From the human T2T-CHM13v2.0 reference genome, Homo sapiens, in NCBI RefSeq assembly GCF_009914755.1, contig NC_060938.1: DNA of 64,000 nucleotides; one strand, 5' to 3'. This document shows, in pieces, positions 27,800 to 43,093 of the stretch; the stretch's first letter is position 1; every line of letters starts with the position of its first letter. A program made the position numbers and the translations under genes. The notes below the pieces were generated by a model. That model was not told where the DNA came from. It saw only the letters and a list, made by a program, of their open reading frames with translations, and did no database searches.

Positions 27800-28200
27800 T
27801 AAAGTTAATTTTTCCTGTCTTTCGTTTATAAGAAGGGCTCTAATTAATAAAGATGCTAGTTTCTATAAAAGGGAAACCTGAAGATCTTAATGTCAACAAA
27901 ATAGCCGTGTATTTTTTCACTCCTTTAACTGTCCACTGAAGGTGTTCTTAGCAGGTGGCTTTCCTTCATGTGATGATTCAGTGACCCTAATTCCTTCTGT
28001 TTTATAGTTATACCATCCTTAAAATGCCCTGTGATTCTCTGTCTCTTGTAATGGAAGGGGAAGAGAGAATGGAGAAGGCACTTCTTAATTGCCGTAGCAA
28101 GGAAATGACAGATTACTTCCTACATTCATTGGCTAAAACTAGACACATGGTCTTGCCTAGACATAAAGGGTCTGAGAGATGAAGTTTTGCCACAAAGGAG
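27800..28200. mobile_element. Diverged MLT1-type LTR fragment
   Basis: cattcattggctaaaactagacacatgg motif; heavily diverged. Confidence 0.5.
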
Positions 28201-28462
28201 GCCTATCCTTTTATTACTATTTTTGGCTGAAGGTAAATACTAGGGTCCTTGTATTTGCTGTGGACAGAGATGGAAGAAAACGGTGGATTTGTTTAGTATA
28301 GTTTTCTTGTATTCAGATCTTTAGTTAATCTCTATTCCTAGCTAACCTTCTCACTCTTTCCTTAATGTTCCTTAGAGATAGTTCCTCAGGTGCACTGAAC
28401 CCAGAATCTCTAAGGTTTCAGTGCACAGGACAGCTTTTATCTCAATTGCAGCTTCCTCCTAG

Positions 28463-30270
28463 TGATGGTGGCGGCTCATCTGGAGCAGCTGCTGCGGTGA
28501 AGGCCGCTGCAATAGGAGGGGGTGCACCTGGGGCTGTGCCCTCTGTGGAGCCCGTAGGGGGTGGGAACAGGTGATCCCAGTGGAAGCCTCACACTCTACC
28601 AAATTGGTGGGGCAGGAGCCTGCACTTCTAGGTGCAGCTGTAACCACCCAGCCATGGCTCCAGACCTGGGCATCCCTGTGCTCTCTGGGGCCCAGGGAGC
28701 CTCTTGCCCCCGCAAGTTCGGAAGTGCCTGCTCCCACTCTCCCTGGCCTCTCCCTGCTCTCAGTTTCCACTCTGGTGTGGAGCAAAGTTATAGCTTAGCC
28801 CAGGCACTGTCGTGACCCAGCCAGGTGTGTGCATGCCTGGGGCAACACTGACACACCAACTCCCACTGCCGCCTTGAGCACTGATGAGCTCAGAGGGAGC
28901 TGAAACTCTGAAACTTTGGGCACTGATGAACTCAAGAGGGAGACCGGGGGTGCTGAGGGCAGCTTGGTGTGGGCCTGTGGGCTCCCCTCAGCATGGACAG
29001 CCTGGGCACAAATGGCATGTTGATGGCAACAGGAGGCAGACAGATTCCTAGGTGGGAAGGGGCAGGTCCTTGGTGAAACCCCGTCTTGAAGCCAGGGATG
29101 GCCTGAAGCCTGGGGGCCAGGCTGCCAATTACGGGTGGAGTCCGCGGCCCAGAGTGAGAACTTACGGTGCTTTTTCCATGCCTGCCCATGGCTACCCATG
29201 GATCAATCAGCATGCACTTCCTCCCTTCTGAGCCCATAAAAACCCTAGACTCATGCAGACTCAGATACTCTTCAGGATGACCTGCCAGTGGAAAGGAGCT
29301 ACCCACTACACGTCTTCTCTCTACTGAGAGCTGTTCTGTTGCTCAATAAATCTCTTCTCTGCCTTGTTCACCTTCCAGTTGTCCATGTTACCTCATTCTT
29401 CATGGACATGGGACAAGAACTAGGATATCACTGAATGGTAGGTGTGAAAGGAGCTGTAATGCTTTCCTGGCCCGCTTGCCAAGCTGCAGGCAGTGACACG
29501 CTCCTGGACTATGAGAGTGAAGAGTGGTAACCCTTCTGGGGACCCAGACCTTGGGATTTCCTGAGGTAGAGCTGCTGTAACACTGTAGCACTTCCACCCT
29601 TTGTTGGCGCCGGGTGGCCGCCCCATGCAGTGGGAAGCAGCAGTGGGGCTGGGCCAGCCACGGGCTGCAGTTGTGGTGGTGGGACTGAAAGAGCTATAAC
29701 ACAAATGGGCTTAAACACTCCCCACTGAAACTTGCTGCCATCCCCTGCTCTCTGCACTGCAGGCAATGAGAAGGAGAGAAGAGCTGTAGCCCTTCTGGAA
29801 GCCCAGACCTTGGGGCTTCCTAAGCCAGAGCTGTGACATGCTATAACACCCTCTTTGGATGCTCTGTGGTTCCTGGCATCTCCGGGCTTTTGGGCGCCAC
29901 CTTGTTCCCCTCATCGAGACACTGGTCTTTGCAGCAGAAGCTGCTTGCAGTACATCTGGTCCAGCCAGAGCCTCACATGGAGCCAGTGCCTGTGCTGGTG
30001 CTTGGTGCTGCCCGCTCCGCAGCAGCAGCTGGTATGCCTGGCTGTGCGCAGTGGCCGGATTCCACACTGACTTGCTCATGCATCCCTTGTCACTGAGTGC
30101 TTGGCTCACCCTTAGTAGCCGTGGGATCCGGGCCAATAGTGAGAGCGAAGCGCAGCATGCTGGGTCGAGTGGGTGGAATAGTCCAGTGGGTGTGAGCGAA
30201 CTCAAGCAGAGGCATCGCCAGCCACAGAAGTTTCCGTTTGGCAGAGCGACACCCAAAGGAGCATGGGTCA
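28463..30270 (+). mobile_element. MER52-family ERV1 solo LTR (~1.8 kb)
   Basis: TG...CA termini with perfect 4-bp TSD CTAG (28459-28462 / 30271-30274). TATA-like CATAAAA at ~29235, AATAAA at 29345-29350, GC-rich body with internal repeats. Confidence 0.88.
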
Positions 30271-30692
30271 CTAGTATGTTATGTTCTGCTTCAGTTGTCA
30301 ATACACTCCTGTCCACTTTTTGCCTTTGAGGAAATATTTGGAATCTCTTAGTGGCAATGGTCATCTCTTTCCTAGCTGAGTTCTCTTCTTATTATACAGA
30401 GTCAAGTATCTATACATTGTTTTTAAATTTTAAGTTTCGGGAGTCAGAGGAAGTAAATCTAGAATATCTTCAATTAGTACCCTTAACAGAATTTTAATTT
30501 TTGAAAAAACATGTATTGCTTGAACAAGATGCATTTTCTATCCATGATGGACTGAGGATAAATAAATAGGGGGTTCTGGAGGATATGTAAAAAGGTATAA
30601 TATATAATCCTTTCAACCTGAAGAATTTCTACTTTACTCCAACTTTGATGTCACTGCTGGCTTACCTTTCTAGAACACTGATTCTATCGCAG

Positions 30693-31005
<313 letters not shown>

Positions 31006-31496
31006 TAGTACTTATTTAGAAATGTTCAGTAATTTTTTTCCTTGCTCATATTTCTGTGTAAACTCTGATTGGTCAATACCTGCCTATCAGTACTTGTCCC
31101 TCTACTGAGAACTACTCAGTTTATTGTGTTACCTACATGCCACGTTCATTCTTTTGCTTTTGTACATGTGGTCTCTACTCTCTAAAGTAACCATCTTTTC
31201 TGTATCTGAGTCCTATTGAAACATAAATATTGAATTCAAATTTCACTTTTTTCAAGTCTTCTGTCCTGACTACTCCAAACTTAGTGATGCTTTTCCTCTA
31301 ATCAGCAACAAAACTTATTTATCCATATTATTTGTTATTGTTTTACACTTCTTTGTGTTCTTCCTTACAAAGTATAGACTCCCTAAAGGAAAAGCCTTTG
31401 CTTTATACCTTTTTCATTGTCCTTCAGTGTCTAGCATGGTGAAGATTTCATGCTGAGTATATCATAAATATTTATTGATTGAAGCCCTGAATTGTT

Positions 31497-32099
31497 TACT
31501 TCTACTCAAAGTGTGTTCTGTAGACGGATGTCAGTCCATGAACTGTTTATTACAGCTTTGCTGGAATATAAGTAAAGAAATTGAGAATAAACTTTAGAAA
31601 CGTTTATAGTCATTTGACATAGTAGTTTTATATCAGTTGAAATTTATAGTAAAAAATGTGGCTTCTAATTTGCATGTTTTTTTTCTTTTTTTCTTGAGAC
31701 GGAGTCTCGCTCTGTCGCCCAGGCTGGAGTGCAGTGGCGTGATCTCGGCTCACTGCAAGCTCCGCCTCCTGGGTTCACGCCATTCTCCGCCTTAGCCTCC
31801 TGAGTAGCTGGGACTACAGGCGCCCACCACCAGGCCCGGCTGATTTTTTGTATTTTTAGTAGAGACGGGGTTTCACCGTGTTAGCCAGGACGGTCTCGAT
31901 CTCATGACCTCGTGATCCGCCTGCGTCAGCCTCCCAAAGTGCTGGGATTACAGGCGCGAGCCACTGTGCCTGGCCTAGTTTGCATGTTTAAAAAAATTTC
32001 TGGTAATCATCTTAATTTCATTTTATAAAAGTATCAGTCCACAATGGAATAGACAAATTAAAAAATGGCACCTTACCATAGATTGCTTGAGAAGCACTG
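31497..32099. mobile_element. MER5C-like hAT element split by an AluY
   Basis: Termini ctactcaaagtgtg and ttgagaagcactg. Confidence 0.7.
31680..31975 (-). mobile_element. AluY
   Basis: CpG-rich AluY; TSD ta(a/g)tttgcatgttt. Confidence 0.92.
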
Positions 32100-32586
32100 A
32101 TTTAGACTACAAGCGATATGAGAATTTAGCAATGAAGAGATCAGTATGTTTTGGCCTAGTAGAAGATGATTTCATGTTGGAGGTGAGATCTTTACTTGAA
32201 GGTTAAATAGCATTTGGATGGTTGTAGTGCACTGGGTTGATTCAGGTAGGGATGACAAGGTTTTGGACCACAAATGGAGTAGAGAGAGGTGTGATGATAT
32301 GTTTTGTGGTGACCAGGGAGGAAAGAGTTCTGGCAGAATTAAAAATCAAATTTATGAAAAGCTGACCAGACACCAGATAAAATGAGCATTTCCTATTCAT
32401 TTGGTTACTGCTTGAGCTATGGCATGATGAAAACCTTCATTCACCATGTGTTTATGGCTGATTTTCCAGGGGACTAGTAATACTAAGTATGTTTTAAATT
32501 TTATGTATTTGAAACATTGCTTTTTAATTTAGCCTTTAAAAAATTAGATAGTTGGCTTATTAATGTAATTGCCAAATGTAGCTTTA

Positions 32587-32937
<351 letters not shown>

Positions 32938-33139
32938 ATTATTTTAAATAGAAAAACCCTGTTTTTATCTTGTTTTCTATTTTCCTTTGTCAATTTCATC
33001 TTGGACCAAAGCTTTTCCTCATTATTGAATTACAATCATGAATTCAGAGACCTGGGATTAAAAAGAATATTGATATAATGATTGTTCCTGGAGAATTAAC
33101 ATTTAGCTTATAGCATAAAATGTGAGCTAAACTAGTTAT

Positions 33140-33325
33140 ATTTTTTTATTTTGGTAAACTATGCATAACATAAAATTTACTATTTTAACTATTTTAAGTG
33201 TACAATTCAGTGGCATTAAGTACATTCACTTCATTATACAGCAGTTACTGCCACCCTTTTTCATCTTCTCAAACCAAAACATTGTATCCATTAAACAATA
33301 GCTCTCCATTTCCCATTTCTCCACT
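33140..33325 (-). mobile_element. L1MB 3' end fragment
   Basis: taacataaaatttac...aagtgtacaattcagtggcattaagtacattcac motif. Confidence 0.75.
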
Positions 33326-34544
33326 GAATTAGTTATTTGAAATCTACCCATTTTGGTATTTTCTTACTTGTCTTATTTGCTACTTTTATAAATGAATATA
33401 TATTAGGTACTCCTTATATATATGGAACTGGGCCAGATGCTGAGCAGGGTTGAATTACAGTTATAAAGAAGGCTGCACAATTTTCCATGATATTACGTGG
33501 TTTCCTGGGTGACAGAGTCTTGTTGCATCACATTCTTTATCTTACATCCAAACTACAATCCAATTAAATGTGCAAAAGTACACAAGCTGATTTTTGTTTC
33601 AGAGGTTACCGGGAAAATAATTACACCAGTCTGACAATTTTAAATCAAGATTGAAGTATTGCTTTGGTTTCTTCTGAGATTTTGAGTACCTAAATGAACA
33701 TATTTGCAAAATTATTAAATATGAAAGTGGGTGGTAGTTTGGTTATTTTTAAAATCCTGAATAAATTTTTATATTTATATGGATTTTGAGGTGTCCCCAT
33801 TTTATTTTTTCCTCTTTAACTCTGTCATGTTCATTTGCACCCCTTGTTCCCCTGACCTGTAAGTTCACCTATTTCCCATGGTGTTCTTTAGTCTTTTTTT
33901 AGAAATCTCACCTTTTTCAGTTTCAATTCTCTCTCTTTAGGGGGGAAAACTCTCCTAATTCTGTATTTCTTAAAACTGCGAGTAACAGTTCTCAGTCTAG
34001 AACTGTGACCTGAAATTTCCACTTATATGGTCTGCTGTCACATCAAACAAAGCATGTTTATTGTTGGACTAGTCATTTTTCCATTAATTTTGGAAACCCT
34101 CCCCTTTTAAAAGTGGCACTATGTTCATGTCATTATCTAAGCTTGAAAATTTGTGGTATTTCTTTCCCTGTTCAAGTAATAGCCAATCTCTACCAACTGT
34201 TTCTGTCTATTGTGATAATCACACCTGTCCTTTCCTTTCCATTTTTTTTCATTTTGTTCAATATAGGGCCTGATCACCTGATGCCTAGGCTACTGCAGTA
34301 GTTCCCCACCAGTGGAATTTTCCCTCAAGTACTTATAGCATTTTCTTTGTGAAAATTGTGAATATTTAGATTACAGTCAATTGTGTCTCTCTCTCACATG
34401 GTCTTTTTATCTTTTCATTCCCCAGAAACCTTGGAGCATTGTTGCTACTAAACACATATTTTTGAGAATTTGAGAATATGATATTCTAGTTATAATCTCT
34501 TCTCCCTCTAGTGTATTTTGTATAGCATTGCCAGGTTCTCCATT

Positions 34545-35660
34545 AATTAAACAAATATTGAGTGCCTATTATGTGCTAAGGACTCTTTTAGGTGCTAAGG
34601 TTATAGTAAACAGCAAACAAAAACTTATGATCTTGGGTGGCTTATATTCTAGAGAAGTAAAAGACTGATAAATTAGCAAAGTACATAGCCTGTTAGGCAG
34701 TGATAACTGCAAAGGAGAAAAAAAATTAAGGAGGAAGACAGGGAGTATGGAGTGTGAGACATTGACATTTTGTTAGAACAAGGCTTTCTGAGGGAAAAAA
34801 TATTAAAAAAAAGAGATTGATATTTTGGATTAAAGTGGCTAGGAAAGCCCTTCCATAAAGGTAGCGTTTGAGTAAAAACTTGAAGGAATTGAGTGAGGAA
34901 GGCAATACATATGTGCAGGAAGAAGGTTCCAGGCAAAGGGAACAGCAGGTGTAAAGGACCTCAGATGCGAGTGTGCCTGTCATGTTTGAATATCGACGGG
35001 GAGCAGAGTGAGCTGGAAGATGACTAGTAGGAGGCAAGGGTGTGTGTTGGGGAAGAGGTGTGGAGTGGAAAAGTACAGATTGAATGGGGCCACATAGATC
35101 ACAATTAGAGGTGTGGTTTTTACTCTGAGCTGGCCAGCCTTTGTAGGAATTTGAACATGCAAGTGACATCTGACTTAGGTGATAAGAGAATCATTCTGGC
35201 AATGATATTGAGGTAAGAGAGGAAGCAGAGAGACCAGCTAGGAGCTTTGGCACAAATCCAGTGAGAGGGAGATCTGGTTTGGGATATACTTAAAGTCGAA
35301 CTAACAGAATTTCTGATAGATTGGATGTGGGGTGTGAAGGGAAAAGAAAAGTCAAGGATTATTTGAAAATCCTTGGCCTGAGAAGCTGGAAGAATGGAGT
35401 TGCCATTAACTAAGATGGGTGTAGCCCTGAGAGGAGCAGATTTGGCAGGGGGTTTTCAGGAAGTTCAGCTTTGAATGTGCTAAATTTGTGATGCTTGCTT
35501 GATGTCCAAGTCGAATGAGATGGCCTGGCTTCATGTGAGTGTAATAGATTAGACTGAAGTTCAAGAAGGAGGTCTGAGAATTGTCATCACAGAGATAATA
35601 TTTAAAACTGTGAGACTGGTTAAGTCATCTAGAGAAAAAGTGTAGAAAGAAAAGAGATTA
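34545..35660 (-). mobile_element. L2
   Basis: aacaaatattgagtgcctattatgtgctaag start and a typical antisense L2 body. Confidence 0.8.
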
Positions 35661-36550
35661 CACTTTTTGAAATACTTTACACCTTCATCTTTTGGCTTAG
35701 TACATACCCTCAAAGGCTGCAGGTTTTCCATGACGTTTCATAGTGGAATTTCATGTAAATCTCTTACTTCAGTCAAGCTGGAACACTTACGTTGCCTAAG
35801 CTCTCCTTTTGCATTGCTGCTTTCCTATGCTCATTTATTCTTCGTACAAAGAGTGCTTTCTTACCTGCTTTCTACCTAACTTAAATGCAGTTTTCTCCAA
35901 GCAGCATTATCTTATTACCACAGAGTGTTCTGTTTCATTTTGCAAAATTCTGCATCTTTATTTCACCCCTCCTAATCTTGTCTATAAAGTTCATCATATT
36001 TTTGTATATGTCTTTTTTTCCTGATGAGCTAATGGGATCTATGGCTGGTACCATAATTTTGAATATTTCATCTTCCACAGTGATCAGACCCCCAGTTCTA
36101 CTTCACAGAGGCAATCTGTGGGGAATCAGTCTTTCCAAACACTATCAAGCTGGAGGAAGTGAGGCTGTTTGGGAATATCTGGACATTGATCCTGCTTTCT
36201 CTTCTTAGGTAAAGTTGTGGCTTTACTGGCACTGGGTTTGGCTCAAGAACCAGTAAGAACCCAGATGTTTGTAATTTTCCATTAAAGGGCATAGCTTGTT
36301 AGAGTTTGTTCTTCCCCAAATGGTGATGTAAGCCCTGAGCATCAAAGAGAAGTGTCACCCTCATAATTGAACTTGTTAAATATGGCAAAATGTCACCTTG
36401 TTCTCTCACTGGGAGTGCATGACTCTGGAGGCCAGTCACAGCTGTGTTGAGCCATGCTACATCTGTTCTTGTTCTGAGTGGCAGTTTCACTGCTAATAAG
36501 ATTTTGAATCCTTAGCTAAGTAAGTCAGGAACTAAACATAAACCTATTTT

Positions 36551-36553
<3 letters not shown>

Positions 36554-36589
<36 letters not shown>
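36554..36589 (+). repeat. (TG)18 microsatellite
   Basis: Direct read; the alternation continues through CATGCA. Confidence 0.95.
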
Positions 36590-36590
<1 letters not shown>

Positions 36591-36614
36591 ATGCACTCTA
36601 TTTCCTGTAGTTCA

Positions 36615-36876
36615 TAGCTGATAGCTAATATTTGTTTAAGGTTTACCTACTATGGACTAGACATAGTTCTAATGCACTGCTTGCATTAACTCTTTTAATC
36701 TTCATAACATTCATATGAATTAGCCATCTCCATATTTATAGCCATTTTCTGATAAGAAAATTGAGGAAAGAGAAGTTGAGTAACTTTCTTTAACAGACTG
36801 TAATGTTAAGTGGAGGAATGGGGTTTGATCCCAAGAAGGTTTGATCCAGAGTTTATATTTTTAACTGCTGTACTAT
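36615..36876 (-). mobile_element. MIR
   Basis: ccatttt...gataagaaaattgagg core. Confidence 0.7.
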
Positions 36877-36881
36877 ACTAG

Positions 36882-37255
36882 TGATATGGTTAGGCTTTGT
36901 GTCCCCACCCAAATCTCATCTTGAATTGTAGTCCCCAGGTGTTTAGGGAGAGACCTGGTGGGAAGTGATTGCATTATGGGGTCGCTTTCCTCCATGCTGT
37001 TCTCATGATAGTGAGTGAATTCTCATGAGATCTGATGGTTTTATAAATGGTAGTTTTTTCTGTGCTGACACATGTACTTCTCTCTCCTGCCACCATGTGA
37101 AGAGGGTCCTTGGTTCCCCTTCACCTTCCATCATGATTGTAAGTTTCCCGAGGAAACAAAGCCAAGTGGAGCTGTGAGTCAATTAAACCTCTTTCCTTTA
37201 TAAATTACCCACTCTCAGGGAATTCTTTATAGCAGTGTGAAAGTGGACAGCTACA
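36882..37255 (+). mobile_element. THE1/MST (ERVL-MaLR) solo LTR
   Basis: TGATATGG...TACA termini, ATTAAA signal, perfect 5-bp TSD ACTAG (36877-36881 / 37256-37260). Confidence 0.92.
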
Positions 37256-37697
37256 ACTAGTTTATTTGAAATGCTGCATGCCAATTTTGATTATTTCTTT
37301 TTGTCTTGTGGTGGGTGTTTCTATAATTTTAAATAATATGCTTACCTTACTACTTCTTGATTTATCAACTAAGGCGATAACTGTCGATGACTTGATGTTT
37401 AAGATGATTTACTCTTCTGCTACTCTATTGCCCTTCTTCAAACTTTATATAGTTATATATTATTGTTGTTATTTCCTCTGTTGGTTAGCTTTGTGACTCC
37501 AATATGCCTGAACCTCTATTTCATGTTCCATTAGCTTTTGGCAGTACTGTATCCTTTATTGCCCTTTTTATAAAGTGAGAGTTTATTACCCATACCCTCT
37601 ACTTTAATTTTTACCTCCCTTCTGTCTTTTAACTTCTGTCAAATATCCATTTACTTTAAAATTATCAAAGTTTATAATATTTATATTCTATTTAAGG

Positions 37698-37945
37698 AAG
37701 GCAGTATAACTTTGTGGTTAAGAATGTGGACATTGGAATTAGGTTGCCTGGGTTTAAATCCAAGCACTACCACATCCTAGCTGTGTCACCTTGGCAAATT
37801 ATTTAATTTCTCTGTGCCTCAGTTTTCTCAATTATAAAATGAGGATAATGTACTCTTATTTCACAGGATTATTGTGAAGATTTATGTAAAACATTTGAAA
37901 CAGGGCCCGATACGTAATAAGGACTATATAAATGATTGCTATTAG
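37698..37945 (+). mobile_element. MIR
   Basis: tctctgtgcctcagttttctca..ataaaatgaggataat core. Confidence 0.8.
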
Positions 37946-38379
37946 TGTTATAATTATTCTGTAATCATAGTGAACTCTTCCATGCTTTCAATTTATTCTA
38001 AAAGTTCAATACATGATATTTAACTAATTAATTTGTTATGATTATACAATACAGAACCAAGTAGTACACTGTGATTACATTTCTTTGTCTCTGTGTTCAA
38101 AGTTGTGACCCTAAAAATAATGTTTCTAGTATCAAGGTCAAATGGGGTATCTTATCTTCCACTCCCTAAAATTAAAAAAAATGTAGCATTTTAATTTTAT
38201 TGATAATTAGATGATGACTTTCTTCTGTATCTCCCCTCTCCCACAGAATTTGGAATTGCTTTTTTTTTTACTGACAAAAGAATAAGTTATTTTAATCATA
38301 TTCTCAAAATTATCTGACTTCTCTGTCACACTTGGTTGTAAGAACTCACTCTCTTCTCGGAGACAGTCCTTTTATGATC

Positions 38380-39760
38380 CATGGAAGAAAAAATTGATTA
38401 ATTGGACTTACCAAAACTGAAGACTTTTGCTCTACAAAAGATTCTGTTGAGAGAATGAAAACACAGGTTATATCTGGGAGAAAACATTTTCAAATCACAT
38501 ATCTCTTAAAGAATGGATATCCAAAATATAAGAAAAAAATTAAGGAAACAGCCACTTGTAAAAAAATGGACAAATGATCTGAACAACTGCTTCAAAAAGA
38601 CTTATGGATGGCAAAAAAGACTTATGGATGGCAAATAACCATCTATAAAAAGATTCTCAACATTATTTGTCATTAAGGAAATTGAAACAGCAAGATATTA
38701 CTGACATACCTGTTAGATTGGTTAAGAGAAAAAAAAACCTGACAATACTAAATGCTGGTTATCTCATACTTGCTACTTTGGAAGATGGTTTAGCAGTGTC
38801 TTATTAAAGTTAAACACAGACTTACCACATGACCCAGCAAAAGCACCTTTAGGTATTTACCAAATTGGTTTGAAAATGTAAATCCATACACGTGCTTTAA
38901 TCATAGTTGTCAGCTTTGTTCATAATCATCAAAAACTAGAAGCAACCAAGAAGTTCTTCAGTAGGTGAATGCATAAACGGTGGTACATCCATGCAATGGG
39001 TTATTATTCAATGATAAGCAATTGATGCTACAACATGGATGCGTCTTAAATGCATTTTCCCAAGTTATTGAAGCCAGACTGAAAAGGCTACATCATATTG
39101 AATGATTCCATTCATATGGCATTCTAGAAAGGGCCAAATTTAAGACTGGAAAACCAATCAGTGGTTGCTAGGGATTTGAGGAAAGGGGAGTTTTCACTTG
39201 GGGGAAAGAATGGGGGAGTTGTAGAGTTAAAAGTAAACTGTAGTGGTGGACATATACTATGCATTTGAAAAAACTGATAGAACTTTATAGCATAAAGAGC
39301 TTAATATGTGCAAGTAAAAAGATCAATCAACCAAGAGTTAGGGATCCCGGAGGGGAATGCAATGGTGACAAAAGAACCTAACAAGCTTGTTTCAGATATG
39401 TGATATAACTTCACTAAAGGGATGGGGGAAAAGGTGCTGACCTGAATAATTTTTGGAAAACAGTGTTTTAACTAGAAACTGTAAGATTAAAGACAAAAGT
39501 GTACATAAATGCTGCAGTTGGTAAAGTTGTTTCTCACAGGGGTATTGGTTAGCAATTCTGAAACTGCTGTACGTGTATACTGGAAACTGACAAATAAGTA
39601 AATGTATTACCATACATTTGGTGATTGATGGGAGCCAAGTTTCTCACTATTGGAGAAGAAGGTTGCAGAAAAGCAAGAGGATAGAATGAACCATGTGGTA
39701 CTGAATTAGATTTGGAGACACCAATATGAAATTATATTTAGTTTAATATAGATACTGCTG
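38380..39760 (+). mobile_element. L1MC/MD 3' region, with a perfect 20-bp tandem duplication at 38594-38635
   Basis: L1 ORF2-end and 3' UTR motifs; aaaaagacttatggatggca x2. Confidence 0.75.
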
Positions 39761-40166
39761 GGCTTTGTAGCAGGTGGCTAGTTTCATAGTGTGCGGTGTT
39801 CTCATTTTTCCCTCACCTTCACCCACCCAGACCACAACCCAAACACAATTGTCTTTATTTTTCTGCCTGTCTTTTTGCCAGTAGCGAAAATGTTATTTGT
39901 TCATGCCTGAGATAGGTTGTTAACACAAAATTCTAATGAACTAGTCCAAACGCTTAACTTTTGTAGCTGGAAGACCTTCAAACATTTTAAACAAAGAAAA
40001 AAATCTTGTTTTTTTCTTTTCCTTTTGGATAGCATAGAGAACTTTTTATTTTTTGTGAAGTAGAATGTGAGTCCTTTTGGGTATATTGGAATTTCTCTGG
40101 GGACAATTTTGAAAGAAACTACTGTATACATCAAAAGAACATAAGGATTTCTGTTGTCCAACTGTC

Positions 40167-40359
40167 TTCAAAATTTTACCTAAAGTGTTCCATTAAAAAA
40201 GGCTACTAAGTAGAACTACTAAAATGAATAATAAAAAATATAAAAATGAATAATGAAAAAATACAAAAAAAATAAAAAATAATTCAAAAATTTACCTAGA
40301 GTACCATTTAAAAAAGGCTCCTAAGTCGAGCTACTAAAATGAATAATAAAAAATGTAAA
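40167..40359 (+). repeat. Imperfect ~77-bp direct duplication (period ~116 bp)
   Basis: ttcaaaa.tttaccta.agt...aaaaaaggct.ctaagt.ga.ctactaaaatgaataataaaaaat.taaa at 40167 and 40283. Confidence 0.85.
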
Positions 40360-40727
40360 TTTCAAAGTAGCCTAATGTAGCAAGTTGAGAAGTAGAGCTT
40401 TTCCCATTCCCTGTGATTTTGGGCTGAGGGCCCAGAGCTGAGAACAAAGCATATTAGTGCCTGGATTTCTAAAGAAAGGATGCTGCTCCATCTGTGTGAA
40501 ACTAGCTATGGCCACAGTCATTGCCAGGGAAGCAGTTCTAGCCAGTTCCTTGCATATGGTGGCTCTGTGTAGTGCCATGTGACTTTGCCAGCTTGTTTAT
40601 AGCTAATTGGTGATTGTTGGGTCAAGTGCTCTTTCACTCTAACTGTACCCAGGCCAGTGGCCTACCGGAAGATGCAATGAAGACATTGCCTACATAGAAG
40701 TGGCCATTTGCTGGTCAATTAGATATT

Positions 40728-41327
<600 letters not shown>

Positions 41328-41328
41328 A

Positions 41329-41664
<336 letters not shown>

Positions 41665-42388
41665 TAGTTTTGGTTTGTTTTTAAACAGAAGTTACAGCAA
41701 GATAGGCCGTTGCTTATAAGAGCAAAACCCAGTAAAGCACAGATAAATAATTGAGTCATGTCAGTGTTGAAATATTGAAATAGAGCTCCATCAACTCCTT
41801 CTAGAGCTGCCTGAATCCAAATTAAAAATATTTTTTCATGCCATCAAGTTCTATTTAAATTTCATATAAGCTTGTTTTCAGGTATAAACAGTTTTTGGTA
41901 TTGGGAATAGTGCTCTTCACTTGTCAGTTTATGGGAGACATTCTTTTTGTTTCTGTCCTCCATACATATCCACTTGAAATCCTTATCTGAAAGGCTACTG
42001 TTGTTACACCAGTGATTCTATTTGAAGCTTCCACTATAGTTCTTATCCACTTGAGCTATAAGGACTGACAGCATCTTCTATTGCCATCAGGACTCCTTTA
42101 GGCTCAGGGAATGTGGTTACATTTTGTATCTGTTAAGCAAAGGAAGGCTTTAAAATCGTAAAATTGTGTTTATTTTATAGAGTAAAATAGTGTTTATTTT
42201 ACAGAGTAATAATCTTAGTGTTGTTCTCCATCCTATTTAAAAAGTGTCCCTGTCAAACAAAAACTTCACTTCTAAGGAGAAAACATGTGATAGGATGATT
42301 GACCAGAAGGTTCAAACTATTGAATTTTGGTGGGTTTGTAATAAAATGTTAATTTCTGGGTTATATAGAAATCTCATACGTTAAACTA

Positions 42389-42559
42389 GAGGAGAGGGGG
42401 AGAGGAGAAGAGGAGAGAGAGGAGGGAGAGAGAGAAGAGAAGAGAGGAGAGGAGAGAGAGGAGGAAAGAGGAGAAGAGGAGAGTTGAGAGGAGAGAGGAG
42501 AGGAGGGAGAGAGAGAGAGACGACAGGAGAGAGAGAGAAAGGAAGGAAGGGAAGGAAAG
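42389..42559 (+). repeat. Polypurine (GA-rich) low-complexity tract
   Basis: ~170 nt of almost exclusively A/G. Confidence 0.95.
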
Positions 42560-43093
42560 ACAGTCATCTTTTCCAGGTTTATGCTTTCCACCACAAACCC
42601 AAGAGAGTAATCCAGCTTCTATAAATAACTGCAGGCCTCACCTTGTTTCTGTAGATTTCCTAGAGGGAAACTGTACTGAAATTCTCATGATCACTATCAT
42701 CTGTCCCTGTTAAGTAGACAGTGGGGATGTCCCTCTCTCCCTCCAAGGTTGGAATGTGTGAGTTAGAAACACAGAACACACTGGGAACTCCAGCTTGACC
42801 TTCTGCCTGTTCCAAATGAGGCTTTTTCTTGTTTTCCTTTCTGGTAGCTTTTCTGTCTATCTAATACCACTTGGCAACCTTTTTCCATGATAGCAGCTCT
42901 CAGCACTTTTTCTTATAACTGACTTTAACCTTAGGGGGCTTTCTTTAGCAGTTGCAACTCTTGCATGCAGGTTCTTAGTCATCTTTTATCTCTAGTGCTG
43001 AGCACAGGCTCTGGGCAGTAAGAATTTGTTGGATGAATGAAGGAGTGGGCTCGTGTAGCTAGGCAGTTTAAACTTACTCTCCCAACACCATCT

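Noticed and set aside
29711-30364. 217-aa ORF, the longest in the track, plus overlapping ORFs
   Set aside because: Lies almost wholly in the GC-rich MER52 LTR, with no gag/pol/env similarity.
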